Shown piece by piece: positions 1 to 15,090 of a DNA stretch of 64,000 nt. Source of the stretch: the human T2T-CHM13v2.0 reference genome, Homo sapiens; assembly GCF_009914755.1 (NCBI RefSeq), contig NC_060947.1; one strand, given 5' to 3'. Both the position numbers and the translations under genes were made by a program. The first letter of the stretch is position 1. Each line of letters begins with the position of its first letter. The notes below the pieces were generated by a model, which ran no database searches, was not told the DNA's origin, and was given only the letters and a program-made list of their open reading frames with translations.

Positions 1-56
1 CCTGCCTTGGCCTCCCAAAGTAGTGGGATTACAAGCATGAGCCATCATCCCCAGCC
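1..56 (-). mobile_element. Alu 5' end (partial, at window edge)
   Basis: cctcccaaagtagtgggattacaagcatgagcc. Confidence 0.9.
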
Positions 57-131
57 GGGAATATTTCAATAATATAAAAAATCAAACATTTAAACTAATA
101 CTTATGATTTAAATCACTACTTATGATTTAC

Positions 132-260
132 CTCCTGTTTCCTTATCCTCAACTAGAATTTCTAGCTTGAGAAGACGCCATGGAACATCAGGGTCATCTC
201 CCATCACAGTCAAGGTGGCTTCAAATTCTCCTTCAACACGAAACTTCACCCGGCCATTTG
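132..260 (-). CDS. MED14: MED14 exon 6 (129 nt); the gene continues beyond the left edge
   Basis: ctaaaag|CA AAT GGC... translates (A)[42 protein letters not shown]; donor G|gtaaat. Confidence 0.95.
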
Positions 261-671
261 CTTTTAGAAGAAAAAGATGAAGAAAAAGAAGTGTACTTTG
301 CTAGAAAATGAGAATCTTCCTCCTGACCTAGAATTTTCAGTCTTACTTATAAAAATTTTTAAATAGATTGAAGGTTCTTTCATAAGGTTCCAACAATTCA
401 ATGGTTCCTGAATAAGAAGTAGCCAGCTTCCAGGTCAAGAAATGAAAGGCAACTCTTCTAACATAAATGAACAATATTTTCTTGAGGCACAACTCTGGGG
501 ACTCTTCTCTCTTTCCAGCCCCACTCCCAAGCTGCAAATACCAGCACTGTATTTCTAGGTACTAAAGAGAAATGATACAGCTGGCAAGTCGTAGAATCAA
601 ACACCATAAAACTGTCAGTCAAATCTTCATGATGCTATTTTTCCTTGAATAAAACCCAAAAAGCTGTTTAG

Positions 672-960
<289 letters not shown>

Positions 961-995
961 ATCAACTCTTAAAAAAATAAATTTCAGATACATAC

Positions 996-1125
996 CAACT
1001 GTAAGATTTGCTAACTGAGGAGGAAGATCTGTGGTTACAAGCCGATGTCTAAGAATCTGATTCAGCTGATGGAGTGTGGCTTGTTTTTCAATTTTGGTAA
1101 TTGGGTCTGGAGGAATAATTTTGTC
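996..1125 (-). CDS. MED14: MED14 exon 5 (130 nt)
   Basis: ttttgcag|GAC AAA... translates [43 protein letters not shown]; donor G|gtatgt. Confidence 0.96.
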
Positions 1126-1754
1126 CTGCAAAAAAATTTAAGTGATTTTTAAATAATGTACAAACGGGGATTTTTTTTTTCAATCTTTTCCTGTCTTTAT
1201 ACAGTGTTGCGTACTTTACCTAAGAGAATCTTAACACTCATTTCTGCAGTCTACTTACAAAAACAATGGCCATTACTATCATGCATAAGAGCAACAATGA
1301 TTCTAGTCATTTAGCTAAGATCATAATACAACATGACCTCCCTTAATGCTCTATTTATAAACCAACTAAATATCACTTGATAGCTTCCACAAGTTCTTAC
1401 AAGTATAAAATACAATATGGCACCAAGTCAGTAAACTACCAAAACAATAAAAGTTTAAAACACTTTCAAAAAGCAACTAGCATGTAGCATTTTCACATCT
1501 GAAATAGATGTTATGTCTGCACATCCGCGCATCCCTGGGGGAAAAAAAAATAAAACCTTCACCCATTTTGATATCTACTCACATCTGGCCCCAACTTATT
1601 TCAAAAAAGCACAACTTTAGTTACAGAGAAAAAAAGCAAACTATATGTACTGTTTGTTTTAACAATGTTTTTTGCTGGGCTACTTAATAATACAATCCAA
1701 TCCAGTGCCAAAACCTTTAGTTTTTAGGAACATGGGGGCAAGCAAAGAACTTAC

Positions 1755-1928
1755 CCTAATGCAGGTTGGCAGCCGTGGGTAAGATCCAGTAGTTAGTACA
1801 TCAATGGCATATGGGATGGCAAAACTAGGCAGGCGTGCATGGACCAGAGCATCTCTAGCTAACGAGGCCAGGCGATCAGCAGTGTCCACAAACAGGATGG
1901 CTTGCTGATCTAAAAAGCTTGAAATCAT
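1755..1928 (-). CDS. MED14: MED14 exon 4 (174 nt, begins at Met117)
   Basis: tttaaag|ATG ATT TCA... translates [58 protein letters not shown]; donor |gtaagt. Confidence 0.96.
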
Positions 1929-2269
1929 CTTTAAAGTAAAGGGTAAATGTATTAAGCATCCCTGAAAACTATCTCCTTTTCACACTAAATATTGTTAAAT
2001 CATTCCAAAGTAAACTTCAAGGGGAATTAGTATCAGTTTTCCATATTTCAAAGTAGTTCTTCAAATATTCTCCAGTAACTTGAAGAAGAAATATTTAATA
2101 CACTAGTATTTGATATTAAGAGCAATAATTTTCTGTCACTTTAAGTAAAAGCTTTCTAATTCATTTCTCCATCCTTAACATTACACACACATAATATCAA
2201 AGTTAGGAAAAATAAGTAGAATAAAATGGTTTTTTCCTCTTACAGACTTCCAGAGTTGGTTGGTAATGA

Positions 2270-2458
2270 AGGAGTTAAAAGCATGGACTCCTAGACCTAG
2301 ACTGCCTTGTTCTCCATTTTAACTCTGCTACTTACCAGTCTTGTAACCTTGGGCAAGTAACTTAACCTCTTTGTGCCTCAGCTTTTTTCAACTGTAAAAT
2401 GGAGGTGATCATGATTCCCAATCTCATAAAGTTGTTCTCTGTATTAAGAGATAATGCA
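2270..2458 (+). mobile_element. MIR, 5' part; remainder at about 4506-4565 after an L1 insertion
   Basis: MIR core: gtaaccttgggcaagtaacttaacctctttgtgcctcagc...tgtaaaatgg. Confidence 0.75.
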
Positions 2459-2722
2459 AAATAGAGAACACAGAAATCCACACATAGCCAACTCATTTTC
2501 CAAAAAAGCACCAAGAACATACACTGGGGAAAGGACAGTTTCTTTAATAAATGGTGATGGGAAAACTCGATAACCATCATATGCAAAAGAATGAAACTAG
2601 ACCCCCATCTCTCACACTATACAAAAATGAACTGAAAATGAATTAAAGGCTTAAGCATGAGACCTGAGACTATGAAACTACTAGAAGAAAGCATTGGAAA
2701 AATGCTCTAAGACATTGGCCTG

Positions 2723-3071
<349 letters not shown>

Positions 3072-3529
3072 TCAAGCTAAAAAGCTTCTGCACAACAAAA
3101 GAAATAATCAACAGTGTGAAGAGACCACCCACAGAATGGGAGAAAATGTCTGCAAAATATCCATCTGACAAGGGATTAATATCCAGAATACATAAGGAAC
3201 TCAACTCAATAGCAAAATAAAACCAAATAACTCCATTTAAAAAATGAGCAAAATACCTGAATAGACATTTCTCAAAAGAAGACATACAAATGGCCAAAAG
3301 GTATTATGAAAAAATGCAACATTACTAATCATCAAGGAAATGTAAATAAAAACCACAATGAGATATCATCTCACCCCAGTTAAAATGACTATTATCAAAA
3401 AGACAAAAAATAACAGATGCTTGTGAGGATGTGGAAGAAGGGGAACCCTCACGCTGTTGGTGGGAATGTGAAGTACTACAGCCACTACAGAGAACACTAT
3501 GGAGGTTCCTCAAAAAAAAACTAAAAATA

Positions 3530-3826
<297 letters not shown>

Positions 3827-4699
3827 CTAACAACTAAAAATATAATTACCATATGATCCAGCAATTCCACTGCTGAGTATATATATATTCAAGAGAAAGG
3901 AAATCAGCATACCAAAAAGATATCTGCACTCCCAGGTTTACTGCAGCACTACTCACAATAGCCAAGATACAGAATCAACCCAAGTGTCCATCAACAGATG
4001 AATAAAGAAAATACAGTACATATACACAATGGAATACTATTCAGCCATAAAAAAGAATGAAAGCCTGCCGTTTGCAACAGCACGTATGGAAGTGAAGGTC
4101 ACTATGGTAAGTGAAATAAGCCAGGCACAGAAAGACAAGTATTGCACATTCTCTCTCCTATGTGGGAGTTAAAAAAGTGGATAACATGGAAGTAGAGAGT
4201 AGAATGCTGGTTAGGAGAAGCTGGGAAGGGGGGAGGAGGTATGAAGAAAAGTTGGTACAAAAATATAGTTAAAAGGAATAAGTTCCAGTATTTAATAGTA
4301 GAGTAGGGAAATTATAATTAACAATAATTTATTGTATATTCAAAACGACCAGAAGAGAAGAACTGTAACATTCCCAACACAAAGAAAAATGTCTGAGGTA
4401 ATTAATATCCCAATTATCCTGCTTTGATCACTATGTACATGTATCAAAATATCACATGTACCCTCAAAATATGTACAACTATGATATATCAATTGAAAAA
4501 AAAAAGAGTTAACACATAAAAAACCTTTAGAACAGTGCCTAGAAAGAACATAGAAAACACTCCAAAACACCCATTATGAGATACAGGTCAACTTCATGCC
4601 CAATACAGAAATCCTTTCCATCAGTTTTCTACCCAATGCATTTCATAAGGATACCTAAACTAGTAGAGCTCATCACAGAGCTAAAAACTACCTCCCTAA

Positions 4700-5041
<342 letters not shown>

Positions 5042-5769
5042 ATCTTCTAGTTCTATTCTAGAACAACACTTAAAGTTTTCTCTCTCATGTCCTTCAAACA
5101 GGCTGTCAGTGGCCAACTTAAAACATAGTACCCAGAATTAATACCAACATCACACAAACACAGTGCTCTACAATTTCTCAGTGTTTTCAAACATTTTATT
5201 TGATTTTTGCAACTCTAGGAAGTACAACCAGATAATTACTATGATCTTAGAGATGAGAAAATTGAGGCTTAGGTTAAGACACTTGCCCAAAGAAAGTCAA
5301 TAATCAGAAGAGCTGAAACAACAACAACAAAAATATTTCTTCTAATTCTTAGTTAGACCCAATATACAGCATGGTCCAGTAAAAATGCTACCTTCTATGA
5401 CTAGTACAATGAATTTCTATCAATGCCACCAACACTAACTTCTTATTAACAGTCATGACACTGCTAATACATTCTCAACTTTTTAACTGGCTTTTACTCA
5501 GATTTAGGCCATCTCACATCTCCCTTAACTCAGGTCACTGTAAAAATGCTTATCAGACCAAGGTCAAGCTCAAAGAGTACCAAAGACCTCCCCGGCAGAA
5601 AGACATGCATCAACCCTACTGGGATGCCACAGTTTATCCAGCCCCTATCACTCCACTTAAACATAAACAATTAATGAAACACTCTCTAAACTACTTCACT
5701 GAACTCAAAATACACTAGCTTCAGCTACATTCCTTGAACTTAGAAATACAATTAATAAAGATAAAACTT

Positions 5770-6075
<306 letters not shown>

Positions 6076-6219
6076 AGATAAAACTTGAGTTTTGAGTAAC
6101 TGATTAGTGAATCCATTCACATAGTCTTAGTTCACAAAGAACTAATCCATGTTATTTTTAGGTATTCACACACCAGCTGTGAATATGTTTAATAATAATC
6201 TCCTTTAGAATTTAACACC

Positions 6220-7050
6220 AAATAAATGTTTCTCTAAACAAGATACACAAATGGCCAATAAGCACATGAAAACAGGTTCAACATCTCTGGTCATCAGGAA
6301 AATACAAATTAAAACTTTAATGAGATGCCACTTCATACCTACTAGGATGGCTAGACTCAAAAAGTCAGGTAACAACCAGTGTTGGCATAGATGTGGAGAA
6401 ACTAAACTTCCATACATTGCTGGTGGAAATGTAAAATGGTGTGGCCACTTTGTAAAATAGTCTGGCAGTTCCACAAAAAGTTCAACAAAGAGTTACCATA
6501 TGACCTAGCCATCCCACTCCTAGGTATACAGTCAAGAGAAATAAAAGCATACATCCCAACAGTTGGACATGACTATCTACAACAGCATTAGTCATAATAA
6601 TCCAAAACTGGAAACAACCCAAATGCCTATTAACTGATGAACAGATAAACAAAATGTAGTATATCCATGCAATTCAGCCATAAAAAGGAATGTAGTGACA
6701 CAAGCTACCACATGAATCAATCTTGAAAATACTACACTAAAAAAAAAAATGCTAAGTTAAAGAAGCCAATCACAACACAACACATTTGATTCCATTTATA
6801 TGAAATGTTCAGAATAGGCACATCTATTGAAACAAAGTACATTAGTGGCTGCTTAGGGCTAGAGGAGAGCTGGGGTGGTAACTAAAGGGCACAGGTTTTC
6901 TTTCTGAGGTGATTAAAATGTTCTAAAATTGACTGTGATGATGGTTGCACATATCTGTGAATATAACAAAAACCACTGAATTGTATACTTTAAGTGGGTG
7001 AATAGTATGGTATGTAAATTATATCTCAGTAAAGCTACTGAAAAAAATAT
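6220..7050 (+). mobile_element. L1MB-type 3' fragment
   Basis: ORF2 C-terminal remnant MANKHMK..STSLVIR and an L1MB-like 3' UTR. Confidence 0.8.
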
Positions 7051-7325
7051 CTAGGAGAATGAGAGATATTTTATCTTTTTCTTAGGCAAAACATTATCCA
7101 GGTTGTTTTACCATTAGTCAGAGTTCCATAAACTATGGATCTATACACTCATAACACATCTGGCATGGCTAAAGATCATTATCAAGAATCTCTAACAAAC
7201 TAGTTAAATAATCATTAGGTTGAGAACAGAAGTGCTGAAACATGAACAATCCCTCTAATTCTCATTGATGGACTTTATCCCTGACATAAACACATCTGTA
7301 TCTACATTCAGAAAACAAAAATGCT

Positions 7326-10300
7326 GAGAGGGTCAGAGCAAGATGGTGGAATACAAGCCAACACCAGTCACCCCCTCTCCAGGAACACGAAATTTTTACT
7401 ATCTGCACACAGAAAAGCACTGTTACAAAAACCAAAAATCAGGTGAGCAATCACAGTACTTGGTTTTAACTTCATATCACTGAAAGAGGCATTGAGGAGG
7501 GCAGGAGAGGCAGTCTTGAATCCCTGACACCACCCCTCCCCTGCCACCCCAACAGAGGCCCTGCACTTAAGGGAGGGAGAGAATAGTGACTGGGGGACTT
7601 TACACTGAACTCAGTACTGCCCTGTCATAGTGGAGAGCAAAGCTGTGCTGGGCCAGAGGGAGCATTTGGACCAGCCTTGGCTAGAGAATTGCCCATCGCA
7701 GCGGTTGGAACTTGAGTTTCTCAGCAAGCCTTGCTAATGTTGGCCAAAGTACTCTGGAGTCCTAGGTAAACATGAAAGGCTGTCTAGGACACAAGCACTG
7801 CAATTCCTAGGCAACTCCTAGTGCTAGGCTGGACTCAGAGCCAGAGGACTAGGTGGCACATGACCTAGGGATACACCCGCTGGGGGGCCTAAGGGAGTGC
7901 TTCCACCACCCTTCCACAAACCCCAGGCAGCGCAGCTTTTGACAACAAAAGAGACTCCTTCCTTCTGCTTGAGGAGAGGAGAGCAAAGAGTAAAAAGGAC
8001 TTTGTCTTGCATCTTGGATACCAGCTCAGCCACAGTAGGACAGGGTACCGGGCAGAGTAGTGAGGCCCCTATTCGAGGCTCTAGCTCACAGATGACAAAG
8101 ACACACCCTGGGCCAGAAGGGAACCTGCTGCCTTGAAGGAAAGGACCCAGCCCTGGCAGGATTCATCGCCTGCTGAATAAAAGAGCCCTTGGGCCCTGAA
8201 TAACCAGCGGCGATACCCAGGTAGTATGCCGTGGACCTTGGGCTCTGAAATGTGCTGACTTCAGGTGTGACCAAGCACATTCCGAGCTGTGGTGGCTATG
8301 GTGAAAGACTCCTTCTGTTAGAGAAAAGCAGGGGGAAAAGTAAAGGGGACTTTGTTTTGCACCTTAGGTACCAGCTCAGCCAAAGTGCGGTAGAGCACCA
8401 AGCAGGCTCTTGGGGTCCCCAAGTCCAGGCCTAGGCTCTTGGACTGCATTTTTGGACCTCCCCAGAGCCAGAGGGAAGCCCACTGCCCTGAAAGATGAGT
8501 CCCAGGCCTGGCAGTATTCACCACAAGCTGACTGAAGAACCCTTAGATTTTAAGTGAGCATCAGTGGTGGCCTTGCAGAACCCCTCCCATGAGCCGGTGA
8601 TGGCCAAAGGGGGAGGCTCCTCTGCCTGTGGAAAGGGGAGAGAAAAGCAGGAAGGAATTCGTATTGTGGTTTGAGTGCCAGCTTAGCCGCAGTAAGAAAA
8701 GAATATCAGGCAAATTACTAAGGTTTTTGACTCTAATCCCTGGCCACCAGACAGCATCTCTGGGCTCACCCAAAGCCTGGGGAAACTTGCCATCCCAAAA
8801 AACACAAACCTGACTGGCTTCGCCACCTGCTGATCATAGAGCCCTAGGGCCTGGAGTGAAGGTAAGTGGTAGCCAGGTTACCAGTGTAACCAGTGGTTAC
8901 ACTGAGCCTTGGGCAAGACCCAGTGCTGTGCTGACTTCAGGTCTGAGCTGGTACAGTCCTAGTGGTGGTGGCCATATGGGTGCTTACATCACCATACCCC
9001 CAGTTCCAGGTGGCTCAGCACAAAGAGCAAGACTTTGTTTGTTTGGAAGAAACTAAGGAAAAAGAACAAGAGCCTTTGGTTGGTAATCCAGAGAAATCTT
9101 CCAGATCTTATCCAAGACCATCAAGGCAGTACCTCTATGAGTCGGCAAAAACCACAGCATTATTGAGCTTGGGGCCTAAGTACCTTTGAATATCTAGAAA
9201 GCCTCCTCAAGAAGGACAGACATAAACAGGCCCAGACTGCAAAGACTACAATAAATACCTAACTCTTTGAGGCCCAGATCTAAAAGCATCAAGATCATCC
9301 AGGAAAACAGGACCTCACCAAACGAACAAAAGAAGGTACCAGGAACTAATCCAGGAGAAACAGAGATATGTGACCTTTCAGACAGAAAATTCAAAATAGC
9401 TGTTTTGAGGAAACTCAAAGAAATTCAAGAAAACACAGACAATGAATTCAGAATCCTATCAGATAAATTTAACAGAGATTGAAATAATTTTTTTAAAAAT
9501 CAAGCAGAAATTCTAGAGTTGAAAAATGCAATCGGCATACTGAAGAATGCATCAGAATCTCTTAATAACAGAGTTGATCAACCAGAAGAAAGAATTAGTG
9601 AGCTTGAAGACAGGCTATTTGAAAATACACAGTCAGAAGAGACAAAAGACAAAAGAACAAAAAAGAATGAAGCACACCTACAAGATTTAGAAAACAGCCT
9701 CAAAAGAACAAATCTCAGAGTTACTGGCCTTAGAGAGGAGGCAGAAAAAGAGAGATAAGGGCAGTAAGTTTATTGAAAAGGATAACAACAGAAAACTTCC
9801 CAAACCTAGAGAAAGATACCAACATTAAAGTACAAGAAGATTATAGAACACCAAGCAGATTCAGCCCAAAGACGACTCAAGGCATCTAATAATCAAACTC
9901 CCAAAGGTCAAGGATAAAGATGGGATCCTAAAAGCAGCAAGAGAAAAGAAACAAATAACATACAATGGTGCTCTCTAATATGTTTGGTAGGAGACTTTTC
10001 AGTGAAAACCTTACAGGCCAGAAGAGAGTGGCATGACATATTTAAAGTGCTGAAGGAAAAAAACTTTTACCCTAGGATAGTATATCCGGTGGAAACATCC
10101 TTCAAGCATGAAGGAGAAATAAAGACTTTCTCTGACAAACAAGATGAGAGATTTCATCAACATCAGACCTGTCCTACAAGAAATGCTAAAGGGAGTTATT
10201 TAATCTGAAAGAAAAATATGTCAATAAGCAAGAAGAAATCATCTGAAGGTACAAACTCACTGGTAATAGTGAGCACACAGAAAAACACAGAATATTATAA

Positions 10301-10886
10301 CACTGTAATTGTACTATGTAAACTACTCCTATCTTCAGTAGAAAGACTAAATGGTAAACCAACAGGAAATCGTAACTACAACAACTTTTGAAGATACAGA
10401 ACTTTTGAAGACAATAAGAACTAAAGAGAAACAAAAAAGTTAAAAAGGAGGGAGATAAAGTTAAACTGCAGAGTTTTCATTAGTTTTCTTTTTGTGTGTT
10501 TGTTTATGCAATCAGTGTCAAGTTGTCATCAGTTTAAAATAATGGGTTAAAAGACAGTATTTGCAAGCCTCATAGTAACCTCAAATCAAAAACCATACAA
10601 TGGGCCGGGCGCGGTGGCTCACGCCTGTAATCCCAGCACTTTGAGAAGCCGAGGCAGGTGGATCACCTGAGGTCCGAAGTTCAAGACCAGCCCGGCCAAC
10701 ACGGCGAAACCCCATCTCTACTAAAAATACAAAAATTAGCTGGGCATGGTGGCATGCACCTGTAATCCCAGCTACTCAGGAGGCTGAGGCAGTAGAATCG
10801 CTTGAATCTGGGAGTCAGAGGTTACAGTGGGCCAAGACTGCGCCACTGCACTCCAGCCTGGGCAACAGAGTGAGACTCCGTCTCAG

Positions 10887-10918
<32 letters not shown>

Positions 10919-13277
10919 TGGACACAAAAAATAAAAAACAAGAAATTACATCATGTCACCAGAGAAAATCACCTTCACTAAAAGAAGACAAGAAGGAAGG
11001 AAAAAAGAGAAGACCACAAAACAATGAGAAAACAACAAAATGGCAGGAGTAAATCTCTACTTATCAATAATAACACTGAATGTAATGAACAAAACTCTCT
11101 AATAAAAAGGCACAGAGTGGCTGAATAGATTTTAAAAAACAAGACTCAATGATCCGTTGCCTATAAGAAACATACTTCACCTATAAAGACACACATACAT
11201 AGACTGAAAATAAAGGGATGGGAAAAGATTTATATGTCAACAGAAACCAAAAAGGAGTAGGAGTAGCTATACTTAGGCAAAATAGATTTCAAGACAAAAA
11301 CTATGAAAAGAGACAAAGAAGGTCATTAATGATAAAGGAGTCAATTCAGCAAAAGGATATGATTGTAAACATATATGTATCCAACACTGGAACACCCAGA
11401 TATATAAACCAAATACTAATATTATTAAAGAACAAAATGTCAATACAATAATAGCTGGAGACTTCAACACCCCGCTTTCAGCATTGGACGGATCTCCCAG
11501 ACAGAAACTCAACAGAGAAACATGGAACTTAATCTGCACTGTGGAACAAATAAACCTAATAGATATTTATGGAACATTTTATCCAAAGGCTGCAGGATAC
11601 ACATTCTTCTCCTCAGCACACAGATCATTCTCAAGGACAGACCATATGTTAGGCCACAAAGCAAGTCTTAAAACATTCAGAAAAACTGAAATAATATCAA
11701 GCATCTTCTCTGACCACAATGGAATAAAACTAGAAAACAACAAGAGGAATTTTGGAAACCATACAAACACACGGAAACAATACACTCCCAAATGAACGGT
11801 GAGTCAATGAACAAATTAAGAAGAAAATTTAAAAATTTATTGTAATAAATGATAATGGAAACACAACACACCAAAACCTATGGGATGCAGCACTAAGAGA
11901 TAAATTTATAGTTATAAGTGCCTACATCAAAAAAGAAGAAAAACTTCAAATAAATAACCTAATGATGCATCTTAAAGACTATAAAAGCAAGAGAAACCTG
12001 AAACCAAAATTAGAAGAAATAATAAATATCAGGGCAGAAATAAATGAATTTGAAATGAAGAAAACAATGCAAAAGATCAATGAAACAAGAAGCTGGTTTT
12101 CTGAAAAAATGAACAAAATTGACAAACCTTTACCCAGACTCACAAAGAAAAAAAGGGAGAAGACCCAAATGAATAAAATCAGGGATGAAAAAGGAAACAT
12201 TACAACTAATACCACAGAAATTCAAAGGATCATTAGTGGCTACTGTAAGCAACTATATGACAATAAATTGGAAAATCTAGAGGAAATGGATAAATTCCTA
12301 GACACATACAACCTGTGAAGACTGAACCATGAAGAAATTCAAAACCCGAATAGACTAATAACAAGTAACAAGAATGGAGCTATAATTCATTATATTAATT
12401 ATAATTTGTCTCCCAGCAAATAAAAGCCCAGGACCTTATGGCTTCACTACTGAATTCTACCAAACATTTAAAGACAAACTAATACCAATCCTACTTAAAC
12501 TATTCCAAAAAATAGTGGAAGAGGGAAAACTTCCAAACTCATTCTACAAGGCCAGTATTACCCTGATACCAAAACCAGACAAAGACACATCAAAAAAAGA
12601 AAATTACAGGCCAATACATCTGATGAATATTAATACAAAAATCCTCTCAACAAAATACTAGCAAACCAAATTGAACAAAACATTAAAAAGATCGTTCATC
12701 ATGACCAAGTGGGATTTATCCCAGGGATGCAAGGATGGTTCAAAATATACAAATCAATCACTGTGATACATCATATCTATAGAATGAAAAACAAAAACCA
12801 TGTGATCATTTCAACTGATGCTGAAAACACATGTAATAGCATTCAACATCCCTTCATGATAAAAACCCTCAAAAAACTGGGTATAGAAGGAACATGCCTC
12901 AACATAATAAAAGCCATATTTGACGGACCCACAGCTAATTATCATGCTGAATGGAGAAAAACTGAAAGCCCTTCCTCTCAGATCTGGAACACGACAAGGA
13001 TGCCCATTTTCACCACTATTATTCAACATAGTACTGGAAGTCCTAGCTAGAGCAATCAGACAAAAGAAAGAAAGAAAGGGCATCCAAATTGGAAAGGAAG
13101 AAGTCAAATTATCCTTGTTTGCAGATGATATGATCTTATATTTGGAAAAGCCTAAAGACCCCACCAAAAAACTATTAGAACTGATAAATTCAGTAAAGTT
13201 GCAGAATACAAAATCAACATACAAAACATCAGTAGTATTTCTATATGCCAATAGTGAACAATCTGAAAAACAATCAA
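7326..13277 (+). mobile_element. Old L1 (L1MA/L1M1-like): intact 5' UTR, decayed ORF1, ORF2 EN plus partial RT, 3' end missing; antisense to MED14
   Basis: 5' motif caagatggtggaata at ~7339. ORF1 fragments 9267-10208. ORF2 starts ATGGCAGGAGTAA at ~11040. RT motifs [10 protein letters not shown] and [12 protein letters not shown]. Confidence 0.92.
10603..10913 (+). mobile_element. Alu inserted in the L1 inter-ORF region
   Basis: Full dimer; TSD atacaatgg. Confidence 0.92.
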
Positions 13278-13394
13278 GTTTTTACTCCTTAACGCTTCTT
13301 GAACATAGCATAAAACTTTATTTTTGGTAGATTTTAGCATCTTTGGTACACTGCACTGCATGTCACTTTGCATTCCAAAGAGTGATTCAACAGT

Positions 13395-13700
13395 CAAAAG
13401 ACCATGAGGTTCTCGAAGGCAGGGACTATTCCTTATTGAAGATTCCATCCTCTGTGCCCTATACCCTGTGCTTATTAGAGGTTTAGAGAATTAGTAGATA
13501 AACAAACAGAAAAATGCTGTTATCAGCCTCTGTGACCTTGAAGAAGCCATGTAACTTCTAGGAACCTTATCATTTTGTCATCTGTAAAACTGGAAAAAAA
13601 AAAAAAAACCAACTCTGCCATTCTCACAGGATGTCAAGAATTCATAAGCAAAATTTAAGGGAGAACCTTGCAAATTCTAAGGAATAGCACGAATATAAAC
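13395..13700 (+). mobile_element. L2 3' remnant followed by a MIR remnant
   Basis: gaaggcagggacta (L2) and tgtgaccttg...catctgtaaaa (MIR). Confidence 0.5.
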
Positions 13701-13964
13701 TAACAATTTTCCCCCTTTAGTTCCAGTCTCATATTTAAAGTCTCCTCACGTAATGATGTCTCCAGCTATCTCCTCTTCTTTCTGATCAGGTGTCCATAAA
13801 CAAATACTAAGTTTCTGCAGAAATATACATTATCATTCAGAAATATGATTATTCACATGTCACTCAAATCAGCAGGGATAAGTTAAAGCTAAAATGTAAA
13901 ACTATGTCTATCATAACATTCGAAAAGTTATTTTATACAAAGTAAAATAAAAAGTTTAACTCAC

Positions 13965-14070
13965 CGCACATTTTTCCACTTTGCCAGCATTATTAGCCCA
14001 TTTCACTAAAGCTAATAATCGAACGAAGAGTTGGCGTGTCCGGCTAGCAAACTGCACTATTTCTATTTTC
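13965..14070 (-). CDS. MED14: MED14 exon 3 (106 nt)
   Basis: ttttatag|G AAA ATA GAA... translates KIEIVQFASRTRQLFVRLLALVKWANNAGKVEKCA; donor |gtgagt. Confidence 0.95.
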
Positions 14071-14789
14071 CTATAAAATAAAACAACTCTTAATGAACCA
14101 ACATATTAGAAACAGTATTTCACAATTTATTTCAGCTAAGCAAAAATAAATAAATAAATAAATCAGCCTTTGCTTACAACCACTACAAAATGAGCCACCT
14201 AAAATATTTATCTAAATATGAACTATTGTCACATTTTGTATATTATCTGCATATGCTTTTTCACCTCAGAGCAATAAACCCAATAGAATGTTTTAGCAAT
14301 AAGTCACATTTTAAAATTAATTTTATATTGTAATAAAAGTTGTTTACAAAAATATACTAAATTCAGTATATGGTGGTAGAAGTAAACTGCTTCACAGAAG
14401 GGATTAAATGAGGAGTTATGAATTATAAGTTCATAACTGAAATTAGGAGTAATTTAATTAGTAAGTAATTAGTAACCCTTTTGGTAAGTGAAAGGAATTG
14501 AAACTGATCTTTACCAAAGCCTGAAACTGTATTCATTCTACAAAAGGGCACCAGTTCCCATCCTGCACCAGCATGAAAGATTGAGCAATTAAAGAACTTA
14601 ACTATGTAACTCTTTACCAAACTAATTTCAATGACAAACTTGGATACATTAAAAAATATCCAAGCAAAGCTAAAGAAATTATGTTGAGTACTAAAAATAA
14701 AAGGTCTGTCCATATCTAGTTTTATCCTATACTCACTATTATTACTTTTCCCCTAATACTCATCAGTACTTTTATCTCATCCTAAAATC

Positions 14790-15090
14790 CCAAAAGCTTT
14801 ACTAATGTCAATCAACGTGTTAGCTAGATCTCTCAACTTCATAGCAGCTATAAAACTGATAATCATATCTTTTATGGTTTACTTTAAAACACTGAAAAAA
14901 ATATTCAACAAGCCAGGACCGATGACCAGACCCAGCAGGACACCAACCTCCCTCCAAGTAGACTCTGACCTATTAATCTTAGTACAGCTGTTCAATGACC
15001 TGCAGATCCAGTCCACATCTCTGCATCTTGCCAATACCACCACCATGACGCAATGCACCAAAGTAAAAGTTCTTGCTGAAGTACAATCCT
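14790..15090 (-). mobile_element. L3/CR1 LINE reverse-transcriptase relic
   Basis: Minus-strand translation STWREVGVLLGLVIGPGLLNIFF...KDMIISFIAAMKLRDLANTL resembles CR1 RT ([23 protein letters not shown]...KFADDTKLGGIANTL). Confidence 0.7.

Noticed and set aside
9267-13330. L1 ORF1/ORF2 fragments as an active retrotransposon or novel RT system
   Set aside because: Many stops and frameshifts, and the 3' end is missing; a dead element.
7313-13519. aaaaatgctg before the L1 and again at ~13510 as a TSD
   Set aside because: The second copy is ~230 nt past the L1 end with an L2 remnant in between; probably chance.
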